Assembly (NCBI GenBank): GCA_963775895.1
Contig: CAVZKL010000016.1
Span: forward strand, 1-64,000
Direction of reading: 5' to 3'
From: Candidatus Bathyarchaeota archaeon
Lineage (GTDB): Archaea > Thermoproteota > Bathyarchaeia > Bathyarchaeales > Bathycorpusculaceae
DNA length: 64,000 bases
Part shown: piece after piece, positions 62,367-64,000 of the stretch
Layout: each line of letters starts with the position of its first letter
Numbering within the stretch: the first letter of the stretch is position 1
Position numbers and translations under genes: made by a program
Notes under the pieces: model-generated
Databases searched by the model: none
What the model saw: the letters and a program-made list of their open reading frames with translations, nothing else
What the model was told of the DNA's origin: nothing

Positions 62367-62777
62367 GTGAATGAACAGACTCCCTTCACGATAGAGCAGT
62401 TCTACAGGAACATCTCTCAGGGAAAACTCCTAGGCGCAAAATGCCTGAAGTGCGGAAAAGTCCATCTTCCGCCAAGACCACTGTGCGACCACTGCTTCTC
62501 GAAGGAATTCGACTGGACTGCTGTTCCAACGAGGGGCAAGCTTCTGTCTTACACTATAATTCACATTGCGCCGCCGCAGTTCCAAGCGATGGCTCCTTAC
62601 GCAATGGGCATCATCGAGCTTGAAAAGGGACTGAGAATGCCTGGCATGATTCAAGGAACGGCGTTAGAGCAAGTGAAGATAGGAATGGATCTGAAAATTG
62701 AGTTCGGAACAACGGTTGGTACGCAGCCTTGGCCTCAGTGGCCTAGATACTACTTCAAGCCTGTGCAATCTGAGTAA
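62367..62777 (+). CDS. DUF35 Zn-ribbon/OB-fold protein
   Basis: CLKCG...PPRPLCDHC, GKLLSYT. Confidence 0.9.
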   Translation: MNEQTPFTIEQFYRNISQGKLLGAKCLKCGKVHLPPRPLCDHCFSKEFDWTAVPTRGKLLSYTIIHIAPPQFQAMAPYAMGIIELEKGLRMPGMIQGTALEQVKIGMDLKIEFGTTVGTQPWPQWPRYYFKPVQSE

Positions 62778-62953
62778 GAGCGCGCAAAGTTGGGCCAGCG
62801 CCTCTTTTCTTTTTCTGTAGGGCGGAAGTCGGTCACTCGACATACCGCCTCAAGAACCTCGTTCGGTCAGCATATCAAGGATAATTGCGATGACGCCTTC
62901 CGCAAAGTTCAAGAATGCGTCCTGCTTCTCTTATGCAGGAAGGCTGATTTAGG

Positions 62954-63139
62954 ATGAACGTAGGAACAATTTGGAGCATGACTGCTGGACTTATGTTTAT
63001 CATCGGGTTTGTTATTATGCTTCAGAAATACAGTGTTCCCTTCTTGAACGGCAGTTTTGATCTGGGCGTAGTCTTGTTCTTTGGAAGCATAGTCATGCTT
63101 CTTCTCGGATTCCTTCTTCTAGGCCAGAAGACCGAATGA
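62954..63139 (+). CDS. Small two-TM protein
   Basis: Two hydrophobic helices. Confidence 0.55.
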   Translation: MNVGTIWSMTAGLMFIIGFVIMLQKYSVPFLNGSFDLGVVLFFGSIVMLLLGFLLLGQKTE

Positions 63140-63583
63140 TTTGCAAAGCAAATTTCAAGGTGTTCCATGTGCTGTTCTCAGACGCGAGTAGACAAGCATC
63201 TATGATTGTTGGGACGTGCATTAGGATTAGCGTCAGAAAAAGTCTTCTCAGATTACAAGCTCAAAGTAGATTTAACTAGGAAATTTCGGTCACGTAGAAT
63301 TGTGCAGGGAGGTGACGATTGTAAGCAGGCGTAGAATGTTTGATGGAATAGAATGCAGTAACTGTCAGTTCAAAGGAGGTACTTACTGCTGGCGACAGTG
63401 TCCATACAACGTTTGGAAAAGAGATGAATACTGAAAAAACTAGGTTAAAATATAGGGCATCCCGACAGATTGCTATTATGGTTCAAGAAACAAGACTTGT
63501 AGAACAATCTTCTTGATTCTTCTATCATATTCACTTAATAAGCAAAGACTATCAATTTTAGTGGGGAGAAGGCAAGCAGAGAA

Positions 63584-63793
63584 ATGAATGAAGATAGAAC
63601 AAGGGATTTGGAACAACAAGTCCTTGGAATTTTCAGCAAGTCGTTCTCGAAACGCTATGAGCAGTGGAAAAGGCAAGATCTTCTCGCTGTAGCGCTTGAA
63701 ACGATGCCGAAACAGGTTGATGTTGAGAAAGTCATTGACAACCTCATAAGGTTGAAATGTGAATTCGCGAAAAGGCTGAGCTACGAAGGCTAG
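63584..63793 (+). CDS. Small hypothetical protein
   Basis: 69-aa helical ORF, purine-rich upstream. Confidence 0.4.
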   Translation: MNEDRTRDLEQQVLGIFSKSFSKRYEQWKRQDLLAVALETMPKQVDVEKVIDNLIRLKCEFAKRLSYEG

Positions 63794-63841
63794 CCAGCTT
63801 TCGAGACGAGTTCGCGCGCGCTCATTCGCACTCACGGTTTG

Positions 63842-63869
63842 AGTTTGGGATAAAACTTTACCCCCAACC
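63842..63869 (+). repeat. 28-bp palindromic site, copy D
   Basis: AGTTTGGGATA-AAACTT-TACCCCCAACC. Confidence 0.85.
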
Positions 63870-64000
63870 AACTAATTTCACTAACTCTCCCTACAAATCA
63901 CTTCTCCAATCACTATTCCAATATCAATGCCTATACCTCTATACCCATACTTATCCATACAACACACACGCACACGGCGCGTGAGGAGGGTAGGAATGGA

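Overview
An archaeal chromosome segment, most consistent with Bathyarchaeia (inferred from the unsplit Rpo1, unsplit Rpo2, L30e-NusA, a tRNA with a BHB-type intron and a Bathyarchaeia-type integrase tail). Housekeeping blocks (pyrBI, nadA, tRNA-Leu, RNA polymerase operon, an Smc5/6-like trio, a B12 mutase/thiolase cluster) surround an accessory region of about 28.8-51.6 kb that starts at a tyrosine-integrase remnant. The best candidate for a new system is a RiPP-like locus at 30-37 kb. It has a 941-aa RRE(PqqD)-M50 intramembrane peptidase fusion convergent with an 86-aa peptide made of a 28-aa leader plus seven LGTH(TP/VA)TK repeats, next to an AbrB regulator, a wHTH protein and an ATPase-TPR protein. 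Other notable signals: a dispersed 28-bp 11-6-11 palindrome at accessory gene borders, an 80-bp inverted repeat pair that tracks a local strand skew, an apparently catalytically dead ArsR-NrdD fusion, an Icm-type mutase beside a Cys-to-Ser type III PKS-like gene, and intergenic (CG)n tracts. About ten single-base frameshifts are probably sequencing errors. All calls come from motif recognition by eye; no searches were run.
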